DNA of 64,000 nucleotides from Antechinus flavipes (taxonomy: Eukaryota): NCBI RefSeq assembly GCF_016432865.1, contig NC_067401.1, positions 450,802,001 through 450,866,000 on the forward strand. The letters are read 5' to 3'. How positions within the stretch are numbered: the stretch's first letter is position 1; each line of letters starts with the position of its first letter. Positions 36,901 through 49,715 of the stretch are shown piece by piece. The notes under the pieces were generated by a model. It saw only the letters and a list, made by a program, of their open reading frames with translations. It was not told the DNA's origin and did no database searches. A program made the translations under genes and the position numbers.

Positions 36901-38099
36901 CTTGACAAATTACAGAAGATGATTACAAGGCAGACAATAAATACTAGACAAAGTAAGGCAACAAAGGGTGAGGGGGCAAAACCTCTCCCTGTCTTCAAGG
37001 AGGTCACAGGTTATTGAAGGAGACAATATGTAAACAATTTGAAAAAAATAAGATACAGATAATTAAATATAAATTTGGAAGAGAAGAACTCTAGATAGGA
37101 GACAGTGAATGAAAATCTTCCTTAGGATGGATTGCCTTGTGGGAGAAACAGCAATTTCACCAATAATCACTGGATTCTACAATTTGTGGAGGGGAGTAAT
37201 ATCTAAAAAGACTGGGAAAGAAAGAGAAAGAGACAGAACTATTGCTTTGAAACCTATGGAATATGTACATCTTGGCATATGGGCCAGTAAAGTTCCATTT
37301 CCAGGCCCAGATCGAGCCAATCCCTTAATTGGCTACCTTATCCCTCCTTCATCTTCTGTCTGCTAAGCTCACAACTTTCACACATCATGGGCATTTCTAT
37401 TTGTTGGTTGGCAGTAGCTCAATTGAATTAAAATTCCATTAATAAATAATAACAGTGGGGCAAAAGTGTCTTGGCTTGTATCAGAGGGAGACTGAGGTCG
37501 CCAACCTCACAAGTCTGTCAGGTTGGCAAAGAAATTTGGAAATCCATGTATCTATGCTTTCAAAGGCTGAAAATAGCTCAAATGTCTTTCTAGGCATTTT
37601 ATCAATAAAACAAAAGAAATCCAAACAAAGCGTATCTTGATGTGACTGGCTTACATTAATTTCCCCTGATTTCACAATGGGCCAACCCTAACAGATGATA
37701 AAGATACCATTTATATTATGTTGTTGGTGTGGGCATGTGTATAAGTGAGGGTGTCAGAAATTGTTCTAGAAAAGGGAGATAATTGGATTGGAAAAAGAAA
37801 ATGCAAATGGGAAATGGATAACTCATCTCTGGCAGGATGGCTTAGGAATGCTCAACAGAAATATCCGAAATCATCTTTTAGAAATGTCAGATTTTCTCAA
37901 GTGAGATCCATTAAATGTAAACTCCTTTTAATTGAATACCAGCTCCTAAGGGCCATATATGTTTCCATAATTCCAGTGCTAGCACAGTGCCTGGCACCAA
38001 GCAGGCACTTAATAAGGGGCTTGTTAAGTTGAAATGAATGAAAAAACCAATGAAGACCAGCATTCATTGAACATTTTTCTCTTTTGGGGTGGGTTAGGA

Positions 38100-38900
38100 A
38101 AAGGATAATAGATTTGGAACTGGCAGGGACTTTAAAAGATCCCCTTATCCCATCTTCTAATTTGATAGAACAGCGAATGAGGCCCAGAAAGTTCAGGGAC
38201 TTTTAGATCATAAGATCATAGTTTTCAGGTGGGAAAAACCTTTGAATCTAACAGGCCCAAAGATCTGACCATTTTTATGTCCTAGATCTTTGATAAGATG
38301 ATGAAGCCTATTTCTTTTCAGAATAATAAAATGGATTGCAAAGGAAACCTATTAAATGGAGATATGTTATCAGCAACTACATAGAAAATGATAGCTTTGC
38401 CATCACCAGTTTAAGGAACTCTGATCTAGTCTGCCCCATATTTTCAAATGAGTAAACTGAGACCAAGAATGTTGAATGACTGGCCAAAGTTGCACCAACC
38501 ATCATCATTAGAAGTAAAAGTTGAACATCAATCTTCTAAGGTTACATAGAGAATAATGGGCAGACCCCAAATTTGAATTCAGGTCTACTGCCTTCAGTTC
38601 CATCATACTTTCCACTGTATCATGACATGTGATAAGAATTATAGTTCATGTTTATATATTGTTTTAAGGTTATAATGAGCTTTGCCTACATTGTCTTATT
38701 TAAGCCTCACAACAAAACTCTGGGATGGATATTAGTATTAATCCTCTTTTATGGAGAGGAAAACTGAAGTACAGAGAGGTGGGAAGGACCACAGAGACTT
38801 TGGGTCCAACCCCCTCCTTTGTATATAAGGAAGCATTTTAAATTTAAAGAAGCAGAATTCAAATCTCCATCTTTCTGACTCCAGGGTCAGCACTGCATCC
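38100..38900. mobile_element. Cluster of MIR/MIR3 fragments
   Basis: Repeated cores: 'gagtaaactgagacc', 'ggagaggaaaactgaagtacagagagg', 'caaatttgaattcaggtct'. Confidence 0.6.
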
Positions 38901-40599
38901 ACCACTTGGTGCTCTCTGGACCAAGACATGCTCACTATGTCTACTTAAGCTGTGTTTTAGTATTTGACAAAGGCTTAACAACTAGCACAGGAGCTCAGGC
39001 ATTACACAAAGGTGTTAATTAGAATCCATTTTAAGCAACCCAATTCAATCCACAATTCAAAGGACTTTAAACCACATCTGGGCAGGGAGTTTCCAAATCT
39101 TCTAACAGAACCAGGGATTTTTGCAGGTTAGATGAGTCTTGATGCATTTTTTCAATTACCTATAGCAATAAAAAGTTTAAATTCAAGGCTGGCCAAATCA
39201 TCAGGCTTGCTAATGCAAATGTACTCCATAGGGGGGTTGTTCTAGACTGGCATTATTGGAGTTTCCAAGCAATAGATTGATGAACCTCTTAGGGAATATT
39301 GGAATCAGAGATCCTTCTGTGTTCTTCTGTCCAGCAGTTTCTTTAAAAATAACCATCACTGTTGCAGTATCCCTCTATTTCTGCTCCACAGGGTCCTTGG
39401 TTTCTTTCTTCCATGTGCCACCTCTTGCAGGAACTGGGGTTTTAGAGATCATCTACTGGATTAGAAGATCCCTGGAGTATTCTCTCCCACTTGTTTGCTC
39501 CAATGAGGCATGGAAATTAGGGATGCGACCAAGAATCTTCTGCAATCAGCTACAGAGTAATGGCTCTGCTTCTGTCAGTATCCCAGGGAAGGAGTGCCCA
39601 GGATGCCAGGGCAACCCTGAAGAAAACGAGAAGTTTCTGTTTGAGGTCTAAAGTGATGGAGTAGGAAGAGTTCTGGGTTTGCAGTCAGAGTCTCTGGGTT
39701 AGGAGCTCATTTCTTCTGTGTGGGTGACTGTGCAAGTTATTTAACTTCTTTCAGTCTCATTTTCCTTATCTGTAGCAGAAAAGGTCTAGATTGGATGGCT
39801 TTAAAAGGATGGCTTAGATTGGATGGTATTGCAGGCTCCCAGCCTTAATTGTATGACTGTATCAGAAATTTCATTATTATAGTAAAATCCCATAAAGGCC
39901 ATTCCCTCATTATCTAGATGATAGGACATAAATTTAATAATCTGATGGTTATAATAAGAATAGTAACCATAACTTGCATTGGTAGGGCACTCTAAAAATG
40001 GCAAAATGCTTTACTTCTGTGACCTTCATAGAAGTCCTGTGGGAAGATGCTTTTATCATCATCATTGTATAGATGGAGAAATTGAAGTAAAGTGTTTTGT
40101 TGAACAAGACACTGTAGAGGTTGTATGACTGAATAGAATCAGGAGGAACTGAATTCAAGTCCGACCCTGACAAAGTTATCTTTCCTTTCCATGTAGACCA
40201 TCCTTCAAGACTCTCAATTATAGAACACAGTTGCTGAGAGGTATTAGGGGTGGGAGTTTCTCACACCTAGTAAATCGTAAGTCTGGACAGTAATACCAGT
40301 GATATCAGTGCTAATAAGTTTACCATTTAGGTAGCACAGAACATTTGTGAGGTGCTTTCCCTCCATAGTCTCATTGGAACGTCAACATCAATTGGTGGAA
40401 GAGATTCCTATTCTCATTTCAAAGATAAGGAAGCCGAATAGAGAGAATCAACTAGCCTCAGGCTTTTTCAAAGAGTATATGCAATAAATTATTCACTTCT
40501 TCTTGGATCTGTGATTTTGTGCTGCATTGAGACAGATTTCCATGCCCTTATAATTTAGATATATTCAAGAGATGAGCCTCCATTAGTCTCCAGACAAAG

Positions 40600-41040
40600 A
40601 CATTCATTCATTCAATAAACATTTATTAACCACCTACTAAATGCCAGGGGCTTCTTGTGGAGTTTGCAGAAAAGGATGCAACATGCAGTCAGAAGGAAAG
40701 AGGCTGGGGGAAGGAGGGAGTTTTATACAAAATAGATAGGAAATAGTTAAAAGAGGAAAGGCAGTCAAATGTAGAAGAATTAGGAAAAACTTCCTGTTCA
40801 ACGTGGGGTTTTAGCTGGAACTTTAAGGGAACCAGGAAGGTCAGTAATTGGTTGGAGGAAACAAGAAATCCCAGGCACAGAGGACAGACCAGAGAGCCAG
40901 AAAATCATTGCAACTGAAAGGAAGAATACATGTTAGGGAGTAAGGGATTAAAAAACCTGCAAAGGGAGGAGGAGGACTAGGTTTTGAAAAGTTTTAATGT
41001 CAAAGGCAATAATGATAAGGAGTTAGTTGAATAGGAGGGA
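40600..41040 (-). mobile_element. L2 3' fragment
   Basis: Tail 'cattcattcattcaataaacatttattaaccacctactaaatgccagg'. Confidence 0.75.
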
Positions 41041-41272
41041 ACATGGTTGCACTGCCATTTTTTAGTTTTTCTTTTTTTTTTAAGTTTTTAAAACAAGTTA
41101 TTTTGCACTTATTGTTTTATTATTTTCCAATAATATATAAAGATTTCAACATTTATTTTTGTAAGGTTTTGAGTTTCAAATTTTTCTCCTTTTTTTCTTC
41201 TCTCCCCCTCCCCCCTCCCCCCATCAAGAGAGCAAGCAACCCAGTATAGGCTATACATGTACATAGATACAT

Positions 41273-41831
41273 TGTGACAACTGCGCTAGCACCCAGGACA
41301 CCCCAGAATCAGCCAGAGTCAGGATAAGCAAAAGTCCTTAGTCTTAATTACTGGTCCTTAGATTCAGGATTGAACAGCATGGAAGCAGAAGCTCTGCGAC
41401 CACCTTCTCCCTTTTCTACGGCCAAAGAGTGACTCTGACTAGTCTTACCCCACCCCCTAGCCCAGGGGTCCTCAAACTTTTAAATAGGGGGCCAATTCAC
41501 TGTCCCTCAGATTGTTGGAGGGCCAGACTATTGTAAAAAAACAAAAATTTTGTTTTGTGGGTCTTTAAATAAAGAAACTTCATAGTCCTGGGTAAGGGAG
41601 ATAAATGTCGTCAGCTGCAACATCTGGCCCGCGGGTGTAGTTTGAGGACCCCTGCTTGACTAGTCCCTCCTACAATCCTTTGTATACACCAATCATCGAG
41701 CCAGCACAGAACAGTGGAAAGGGCCATTTTCCAAGCATATGCCCATAGAGTATTGTCCAATTGGTAGTTAGCCTCAAGTGCTCCACAGTCCTGACCTCAA
41801 TGTATCGACTCAATAGTTTCAGCCCTCTACA
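41273..41831 (-). mobile_element. ERV solo LTR with 6-bp TSD, containing a hAT MITE
   Basis: TG...CA termini. TSD ATACAT at 41267-41272 and 41832-41837. Net length without the MITE is ~367 bp. Confidence 0.9.
41463..41654. mobile_element. Non-autonomous hAT MITE, OC1 (OposCharlie1)-like, 192 bp
   Basis: Perfect 16-bp TIR CAGGGGTCCTCAAACT (41463-41478) / AGTTTGAGGACCCCTG (41639-41654). Internal 'gggggccaattcactgtccctcagattgttggagggccagact' matches the recalled OC1 subterminal sequence. Confidence 0.85.
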
Positions 41832-41989
41832 ATACATTTCTCCCTTAGTCATATTGTGAAATAAGAATCAAAACAAAAGGAAAAATTCAATAAAAGAGCA
41901 AAAATAATATACTTCTATCTGAATTCAGATTACATAGTTCTTTCTCTGGTTGTGGATAGCATTTTTCATCATGAGTCTTTTGTAATTGT

Positions 41990-42420
41990 CTTGTAATGTG
42001 GTTTTCATTATTATTTCAATAATTTTTAAATGATCTCTTCTGGACCTCTTTTCCAGATCAGTTGTTTTTCAAATTAGATGTTTTACATTTTCTATTTTTT
42101 CCTTCTTTTGATTTTTTAAATTGTGTTTTGGTTTCTCATACAGTCATGAGCTTCCATTTGTTCAATTCTAATTTTTAAGGATTTTTTCTTCAGTGAGTTT
42201 TTATATCTCCTTTTTCATTTTTCCTTTTCTACTTTTAAAGGAGTTATTTTCTTCAATGAACATTTTCCATATGGCCAATTCTAGTTTTTAAGAAGTTTTT
42301 TTTTATCTCCCAGAGAATTTTTGTGTCTCTTTCTATTTGTTGATCAATTCTGCTTTTTAAGACATTCTTCTTCTCATTGGCTTTTTGTACTTCATTTACC
42401 ATTTGACTTTGTTTTTTTTT
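41990..42420 (-). mobile_element. L1 ORF1 fragment (coiled coil to RRM start)
   Basis: The minus strand encodes 'TTDLEKRSRRDHLKII'. Confidence 0.75.
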
Positions 42421-44454
42421 TAAATTGTATTTATTTATTTAAAACTTAATACAAAATAACAAAAAATAGAAAAAGACAGAAAAAAACATTATCATGTGCA
42501 CAGCACAACATTAGGGAAAATTCAAAATCTGTAATGATTAATTTCCATTTCAAGAAAGCATATATAAAAAAGAAGACATAATAACAACTCTCTATTTTTT
42601 CTATAAATCTGTTTACTAACCAAGAGTTTAGGATTTTAACATAAGAGGGTCATTATCCCAAAGAAAAAAACAAAGACATATAAAAATAGACACATAAACC
42701 ATATAGAGATGGCAATCATTGAAGTAGTTTTGTTTGTAATTTTTTTTGATACATTTCCTCCCAATACAATTGCTACTTGCCAGCATTATTCTCCTCTCCA
42801 AAGGGCATTCCCTTAAAACAGTTCAACAAAATCACTTAATTTTGTGAGTATAACCAGTGGGGCTTAGACCTTCCTCTATTTAAGGAGGACACCTAGGGAA
42901 TCTTATCGTTTCCCATCTGGCTATTTTCCTGGACTTTTTCATCTTAAGAAACTCATCAGTCTGCAAGAAGAAAATAAGTCTGAAATCTTTCATCAGCACC
43001 ATCTGTTCTAGTAACCCTCCCTAACTCTTGGTAGAGAGCATGAGGAGTGAACATGGGGATGTCCTCTCATATCCTCCACCAGTTAGGGGAAGAGCCAGGG
43101 AACTCACCTCATCATTCGGCACCAGAGTAATTATTAAGAATCTGTGACTTCCAGAAAGAAATCACTATGTAAGATAAAATCTACTTGGAAACCATTAGCT
43201 AGCTCCTCATTTCCCATGCTAGGCTCAGGATTTCAGCATGCCCCTGAACTAGACAATCTTCACCCATTTTCAGCTCCTTTTTATTTCAGATTTCCTTATT
43301 ACACTGTGAAGTTCTTGAGTGTAGAGATAGTCTTTTTTTTTTTTTTTTGTATCCCAGTACCATCAAGCACCAAGCATAGTGCCTGACTCATAGTAGGTGC
43401 TGAATCAACATCTACTGCCTCTGGTGCTTTCTCCTTTTGCAGTTTTCCATTTGTTAACAGAAAAGAAGGTCATGGGCTCTAATCTTGATCATATGGATAG
43501 GATGGCCCCATGCCATCCATTATGCTTGACTGGAGCTTGGTTGCTTCTTTTTGGTGTAGACCTTTGACTTCATCAATATGAGGAAATCAGTGTGAAAATT
43601 TCTTCCACTTAGGCATTTGAGGTAACTTTTGTATTAAAAAGCTGCTTTGGGGCCTAAGAGTTAAATGATTTACTTAAGGTCTCACAACCTAATATGTTAG
43701 AGATAGGGTTTGAATGTAAGTCCGTCTGACTCTAATGCCAGCCTACCTCCAAACCATATTTCATTGACACTTTTCATCTATTGCCATGATGCTGTCCTTG
43801 TTTGTATTTAATTATAACACAAAAATACTAATAGCTAGCACATCCATAATGTTTTCTATGTACCAAACACTGTACTAGGTGCTTGACAAATATTACTATA
43901 TTTTCTGTGGTCACTGTGCATGTGGATTTTGGTTCTGCTTGCCAAAGTAACTGGCTAGTATTTTATTTTTAGCTTTACTTTCATTTGATTTGCTCAAATA
44001 ATTGCCGAATGACAAAGAACATTTGACTTTGTGGACCAAAAAGCCATCTTAAAAGCATTCTCCTTAAAAGAAATATCTCACATATGTTTTAAATTTGTTC
44101 AACATTCCTTTAAAATGCAACATGGGGATGGTTTTTATTTAATGGCCATCTACTTATGAACATCAAAGCAAAAAAAAAAAAGAAAGGGAAATATTCATTG
44201 AAGGGGAAGATATATTGCATAAAGATGAACTAGAAGCCTATTGGTTTCCTCATAGATAAAAAGCTATAGATGTTATTTTCTGGTGATATTTTGCTTATTG
44301 TATCAAGGCCCAGAAAATTACTGAACACTTGGTGATATTCATCACCATTAGTCTGCTGAATTGGGTCTGGAGGCCTCACAGCTGGCCTACAGTGTCACTG
44401 GCCTGTTGGATCCAGATATGGGTCTCAGCTGCTGATCTGTAGCATGGCATTTTA

Positions 44455-44650
44455 TTTTTTTTAAATAAGACTAGTTTTTATTTTTCAACATATATGCAAA
44501 GATCATTTTCAACATTCACTCCTGCAAAACCTGCAAATTTTTCTCCCTTCTTTCCCCTTCCCCCTTCCCTAGGCAGCAAACAATCCAATATAGGTTAAAC
44601 ATGTGCAGCTCTTCTAAACATATTTCTACATTTATCATACAGCATGACAT
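44455..44650 (-). mobile_element. L1 3'UTR fragment
   Basis: 'ttctccttctttccccttcccccttccctaggcagcaaacaatccaatataggttaaacatgtgc'. Confidence 0.75.
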
Positions 44651-45029
44651 TTTAGAAAGAGAATTTTGGTTATATAACTCAGAGCCTTAATTTTATAACT
44701 GGGACAACTGAGACCAAGAAAGATCATTAAATTACCATTGAATTATAGATTTATAATCTATATAAAGGTTTTATATCTATAAGGTTTTAGAAACCATCTG
44801 GTCTCACCTCTTAACTTTACAAACTTTACCCCTTTCACTTTAAGAAGATGAAACTATGCAAGTACTAAGAGTAAGAGATGGGAAAATGCCAAACAAACAC
44901 ATAGCCATGTAATAATGAACTTTCCTTCTCAGTTCACACAGTGTGTCGCGGTCACGTCCAAAGTTCTATTTCAATGTAAGCCACACATTTAAGGACCACA
45001 GGTGATCAGGGTTACTCACAACTCTGAAC

Positions 45030-45750
45030 CTACAGGTCTGGATGTCCTCTTTTTCCTCCCAGAGGATGCCTGTCCAAGATCCTTGCTGAGAGCGGCTTCC
45101 ATATGCACAGATGCTTTCCCTGCCAGACTGAGCTGATCTCTATTGTTCTTCATTAAATCTCTTGTGATCTAAAAGATCTTCCGTTCTTCTCATTCTTTGG
45201 ACTTGCTCCCTGACATCAGCTGTGGTATCTATCACTTCCATTTCAGACTTCTCCGATGCCTTCAGATGAATTAGTGTTCACACCTTTTAAGTAAAAAAAA
45301 ACCCAATAACTTTTATTCTGAAGTTAGTGAATCTGTCCAACTTTGTTAATTTACAGCATTCTGTTCTTTTTTTTTTTTTCCACATCTTAACAACAGGTTG
45401 AAATGCCGAGGTATCTTTTGTCTTCTCTATTCTGTTTTCCTTCCCAAAAACCAGTGTCAACTGAGAACAGTAGGATGTTCTTTGTTCCTTTTTATCCTCA
45501 ATAGTGGTAAAGTGCATTGTAAAGTAGTAAAGTGGTTGGCTTCTCATTGCCCAACAAATATGTCTTGCCATAGGTGATGGCATATAGTGAGCAGCCACTT
45601 TTCTTGGATAAAGTTCTAAAATTCTTTTTCACCTTGGTTGTGTCCTTTTGGCAAACGACCCAATCTTGGCTCTTTTAGCAATCAAATTCTTGTTTTCTGT
45701 CTATAATCAGGTAAATGGTATTTGTCCCATAATTATAGTACAGTTTTACA
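45030..45750 (-). mobile_element. Ancient RTE-clade LINE relic (L4/RTE-X-like)
   Basis: Minus-strand, frameshifted motifs in correct order: 'KENRIEKTK' (INxxKTK), 'KLDRFTNF' (V..F.YLG), 'RMRR...DHKRFNEE' (RR.L.I.W....NEE), 'GRKKRTSRP' (G.R.RGRP). Confidence 0.5.
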
Positions 45751-47229
45751 GTCCATATTTACCCACGTATTAACCAAATAGTCTTTCATTTCTTTGGTTT
45801 CTCATGTGCAAATGACTGTAACCAATTAAGTTCTTCATTCAGTCAACATTCTAAAGTTTGTCATAAGCAAATGAGTAACTACAGTTTTGGTGAAGAATTC
45901 TGAGTCAGACTTAACTTAGTAAATGATTTTCTTGAAGCTCTGAGGCATGTGAACTGTCAAGGCACACAGTTCATCAATTATCTCTCCTAGAACTTAAAGC
46001 AGACTCATGTCCTAGACAAGAGTTGCCATTTTACATTAAGAAAGGGAAAATCTTCTGTCCCTTGTGTTCTGTCCAAGAAAGCCTTGAGATTTTGTGGCAA
46101 GAGTTGGAATTTGATTTACATAGTGAAATGAATCCCTATGTGAAATGGAGAGAAAGACTTTATAACTTTAAAAGAAAAAAAAAGAGTTATAAGGAGGAAT
46201 ATTAAAAATGCCACTCATTGTACCAATGTCCATGTTGTACCCTAATCAGTAGCTGCCTGCTTTACCTAATCCCTTTCTCCAGTCCCACTCCTTGGGGGAC
46301 CCTGAACTTCTCATTATTAGGACTCTGGTTCCAGAATAATTCACCAGTGAGGTAGCAAACGATTTTATTTAGTAGAGTTGCCATATTTCTGCCTTAAGCA
46401 ACACTCTAAGGCTTGTCTATTAAGTGATAGAGAAGTTGTAGAGGTGTGTAGACTCTAGAAATGACTACCCTCTGGAAATCACATTTTACAGAAGAGCAAG
46501 TTATACAATTAATCAGTGATTAATTCAGACTTCTCACTCTTGCTTTCTAATCCAAAATGATGTTCTTCAGATTGTAGCAAGAGCCTCAGAGGTTGAAGAT
46601 AGCTAGATTAAGCACCCCCCCCCCCCAAGTATGGTTTCTCTTCTAATATGCTGAGGATGTGAGATCTTCTGGATTTTGCTTTTGCTTGAAAGCTAAGAAG
46701 CTACTAACTATCTTGGCAAAAGCATGTGTGCGCAAAAGGTGTAGTCAGTTGTCAATGAGACTGTCTTTTAGCCATTTCTACAGTTTTAAGCCCATCAACC
46801 ATGGATGATCTTGATATTTCCCAAGGTTGATCTTCTACATCCCACTTCCATGTCATTGCATAGATCATATATGCCCTTTGCTTGGAGTGTCCTCTGTTCT
46901 CACTGCTGCTTCCTTGCAGCCTTAGTCTCCTTCCAATTCAGTGTATGTCTTTTCCTATTGACTTCATACACTGCTGCTATCTAGATAAAGTCTTTGTCCT
47001 TTTACCTCTATTTTCTCATTCATAATCAATCCATAAGCAATTAACAAAAGGCTACAATGTTCTAGACATTGTGTTATGTTAGACAGAAAAAAGACAGAAA
47101 GAGAAACTGGCTTTAAGGAAGTGACTTTGCCAAAGCCCCCTAAGTCTTGAGCTAATACTTTGATTTTGCTCCTCTGATTCTAACTCTTAGTGTCTTCATC
47201 ATATCAGGAATGAATCTAGTGTCCTATGG

Positions 47230-47950
47230 TGAAACCCAAGGACCAAACTGGGGTCCTTGCTGAGTTCTGCCCTCCTCACGACAGCCCCGTAATCTGGGCC
47301 ATGTATCTCCATGTCATTGTCTTCTTCAGCACTGGCATAATGACTTGGCAAAGTTATTGGCCAATTGACTCCCAGGATAAGCATTAATAAAATAACCCAT
47401 CCTGAACAATGTGTGACTTTATGCCTGCTACAAGTAGGATCACCTGTATGAATTTACTGTGCTTATTTAATGTCCCTTTAAGATGAAAAATGATGCCGGC
47501 TCAGTGCTAATAGCATCTTTTGACGCTGAGAAAGCATTTCCCAAGCTTGAATGGCAGGTTCCCCTTACTATGATAGAGATTTAAACCCCTGTCTTTCATG
47601 CATTGAATTGAGGATGGAATTCCATGCAAAGTTTCGAGCCAGTGTGCATACTAATGGATGTGTCACCTCCATTTTGACTTTCATGGGGCACCAGTCAAGG
47701 ATATCCCGTTCTTAGAGCTGGCTTTGTCTATTATCATTAAGCCAAAACAAAGGAAGATGTAAATGAAGCGAAGGGATATTTTACAGACCTGCTCTTTTTA
47801 ATATTCTTCCTCATGTGATATATTTTTGTTATTTCATGACACCATAACTTAAAAGCTCCTTTGGGTCTTAGAAACAAATTATCATGGCAAATGACAAATT
47901 TATGGAGGATGTCTGAAGCACAAAGTAATTCAGGACTCCTGCTTAGATTC
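47230..47950 (+). mobile_element. Ancient RT relic of fish/amphibian-type L1 or Tx1 clade
   Basis: Collinear motifs: 'LAKLLAN*L', 'HPEQ..FMP', 'VLIASFDAEKAFPKLEW', 'ASVHTNG', 'GTSQGYP', 'DIFLLF'. These parallel LAKILANRL / IHPDQxGF / SLDAEKAFDRVEW / ASVxTNG / GTRQGCP / DDILLF. Confidence 0.75.
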
Positions 47951-48429
47951 TGAAGGTGATGGAAAAATCTTGTGGATGTACATGCTCTGGGTAGCAAGGG
48001 GAGCTTTTCTCAGCCTCAGTTTCTGTATGCTGTAGAGGATGGAGTGACCCTCCTGGAGTCCTTGGATTCAGATTCTGTCCCTTTCACTTATAATCTGTGA
48101 ATAAGTCATTTTATCTTTCTGTGCCTGAGCTTCCTTATCTGTAAAATACAGGGAGAGGGAGAGGGGGAGACTTTGAGGTCTCTTCTAGTTCTAGATTCTG
48201 GGTTTCCAGGTGGAAGATGACTGAATTCTCTGAGTCTTTTACCACACTCCTGCTGAACTTAATCAATGTTTATGTTTTATAATATTTATAGTAAAGGAGT
48301 GTGCTCACCAGAAAAAAAAAGCCCATATTTTTAAGTTAATCTATATCATCACTGCTTTCCTAAATCTAGAAAATCAGCAAAGTCATACATCAATCCCTGA
48401 TTTGGAGCCAAGATTTCTGAGGTCTAATT

Positions 48430-48665
48430 GCTCTTTTGTTGTTGTTAATAGTTTGAGTTTTTTTTTTTTTTGAGCAAAGATACTAGAATGGTTGACTATT
48501 TCCTTCTCCACCTTATAGATGAGGAAGCTGAGGTAAACAGGATTACATGACTTGCCCAAGGTCATATAACTAAGAAGTGTCTTAAGCTGGATTTGAACTC
48601 AGGAAGATGAATATTCCTGACTGTAGGCACAATACTCTAAATACTGCACCACCCAGCTGCCCATG
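48430..48665 (-). mobile_element. Mar1-type SINE
   Basis: 'gcaaagatactagaatggttgactatttccttctcc...agatgaggaagctgagg...gctggatttgaactcaggaagatg'. Confidence 0.9.
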
Positions 48666-48814
48666 GATGTGTCTTACCATAAGAATATGGGAAGGGAAGT
48701 CAGTCAATATCTCTTTCATAGTGGACAAGCACTTAATCTTTGGAGTTCCATGTATTATTCATCTTCATGTAGCCCAGAATACTAGCATAGTTTCTTATCA
48801 GAGCAGGTATATAT

Positions 48815-49715
48815 ATGTTAGTCAATAGACATTTTTTAAGTACTTACTATATGCCAGTCACACTGCTAAGCACTGGGGATATAAAAAGAAGGAAAATACT
48901 ATCCCTTCTCTCAAGGAGCTCACAATTAAGTAGGAGATACAATGAGCAAGCAAATTTATACAAATAAGCTATGTACAGGATGTAGGAAATAAATGGGAGG
49001 GAAGACACTAGAATTCAGAGGGACTGAGAAAGCCTTTTTGTAGAAGATGGGCTTTTAGTTGAGACTAAAGGAAGCCAGGAAATCCAGGAAGGGGAGTTGA
49101 GAAGGGAAAGTATTCAGGCATTTGGCCAGACCCCAGAGCTAGAGTGTCTTGTTGGCAGAGCCCTGAGATTATTACTGGATTGAAGAGTGCATGTTAGGGA
49201 GGAAGACATAAAAAGTCTGGAAAGATAGGAGGGAGTTAGGTTGTATGGGCTTTAATCACCAAGGATCTTTAATTTGCTTCTAGAAGCAATGGGGAGCCCC
49301 TGGAGTTTATTGAGTAAGGACACAGCATGGTTGGACTTGTATTTTTTAGGAAAATCACTTTGGTACCTGAGTGGGGGATGGATTGGAATGGGGAGAGAGT
49401 TGAGGCAGAACTCCCAGTGGCTTGATTTTTGCCATAATTCAGGTGTAAGATGATGAGGGACTATACAGAATTGCAGCAGTGTCAGAGGAGAAAAGGGGTT
49501 ATATTTGAGAGATGCTGCTGAGGTGAAGTCAACAGTCATTGGCACCATATTGGATATGGCAGGTGAGAGACAGTGAAGACTTGAAGATGACTCTAGGTTT
49601 AGAGGGGCTGAGAGGATAGTGGTACCTTTGCCAGTCATAGGGAAGTTAGTGGGAGCAATGTTTAGGGGGAACCATGAGGTCTGTTCTGGAGATGTTGATT
49701 TTGAGATGTCAGAAA
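48815..49715 (-). mobile_element. L2 3' fragment (~0.9 kb)
   Basis: L2 tail at 48820. ORF 49252-49758 has L2 ORF2 segments 'PTNFPMTGKGTTIL' and 'SNHAVSLLNKLQGLPIASR'. Confidence 0.9.

Larger units (their letters stand above)
41050..41990 (-). mobile_element. L1 3'UTR fragment hosting a solo LTR
   Basis: T-rich tail, then 'ctctccccctccccc...agagcaagcaac', continuing after 41837 to 'cagattacatagttctttctctgg'. Confidence 0.75.
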
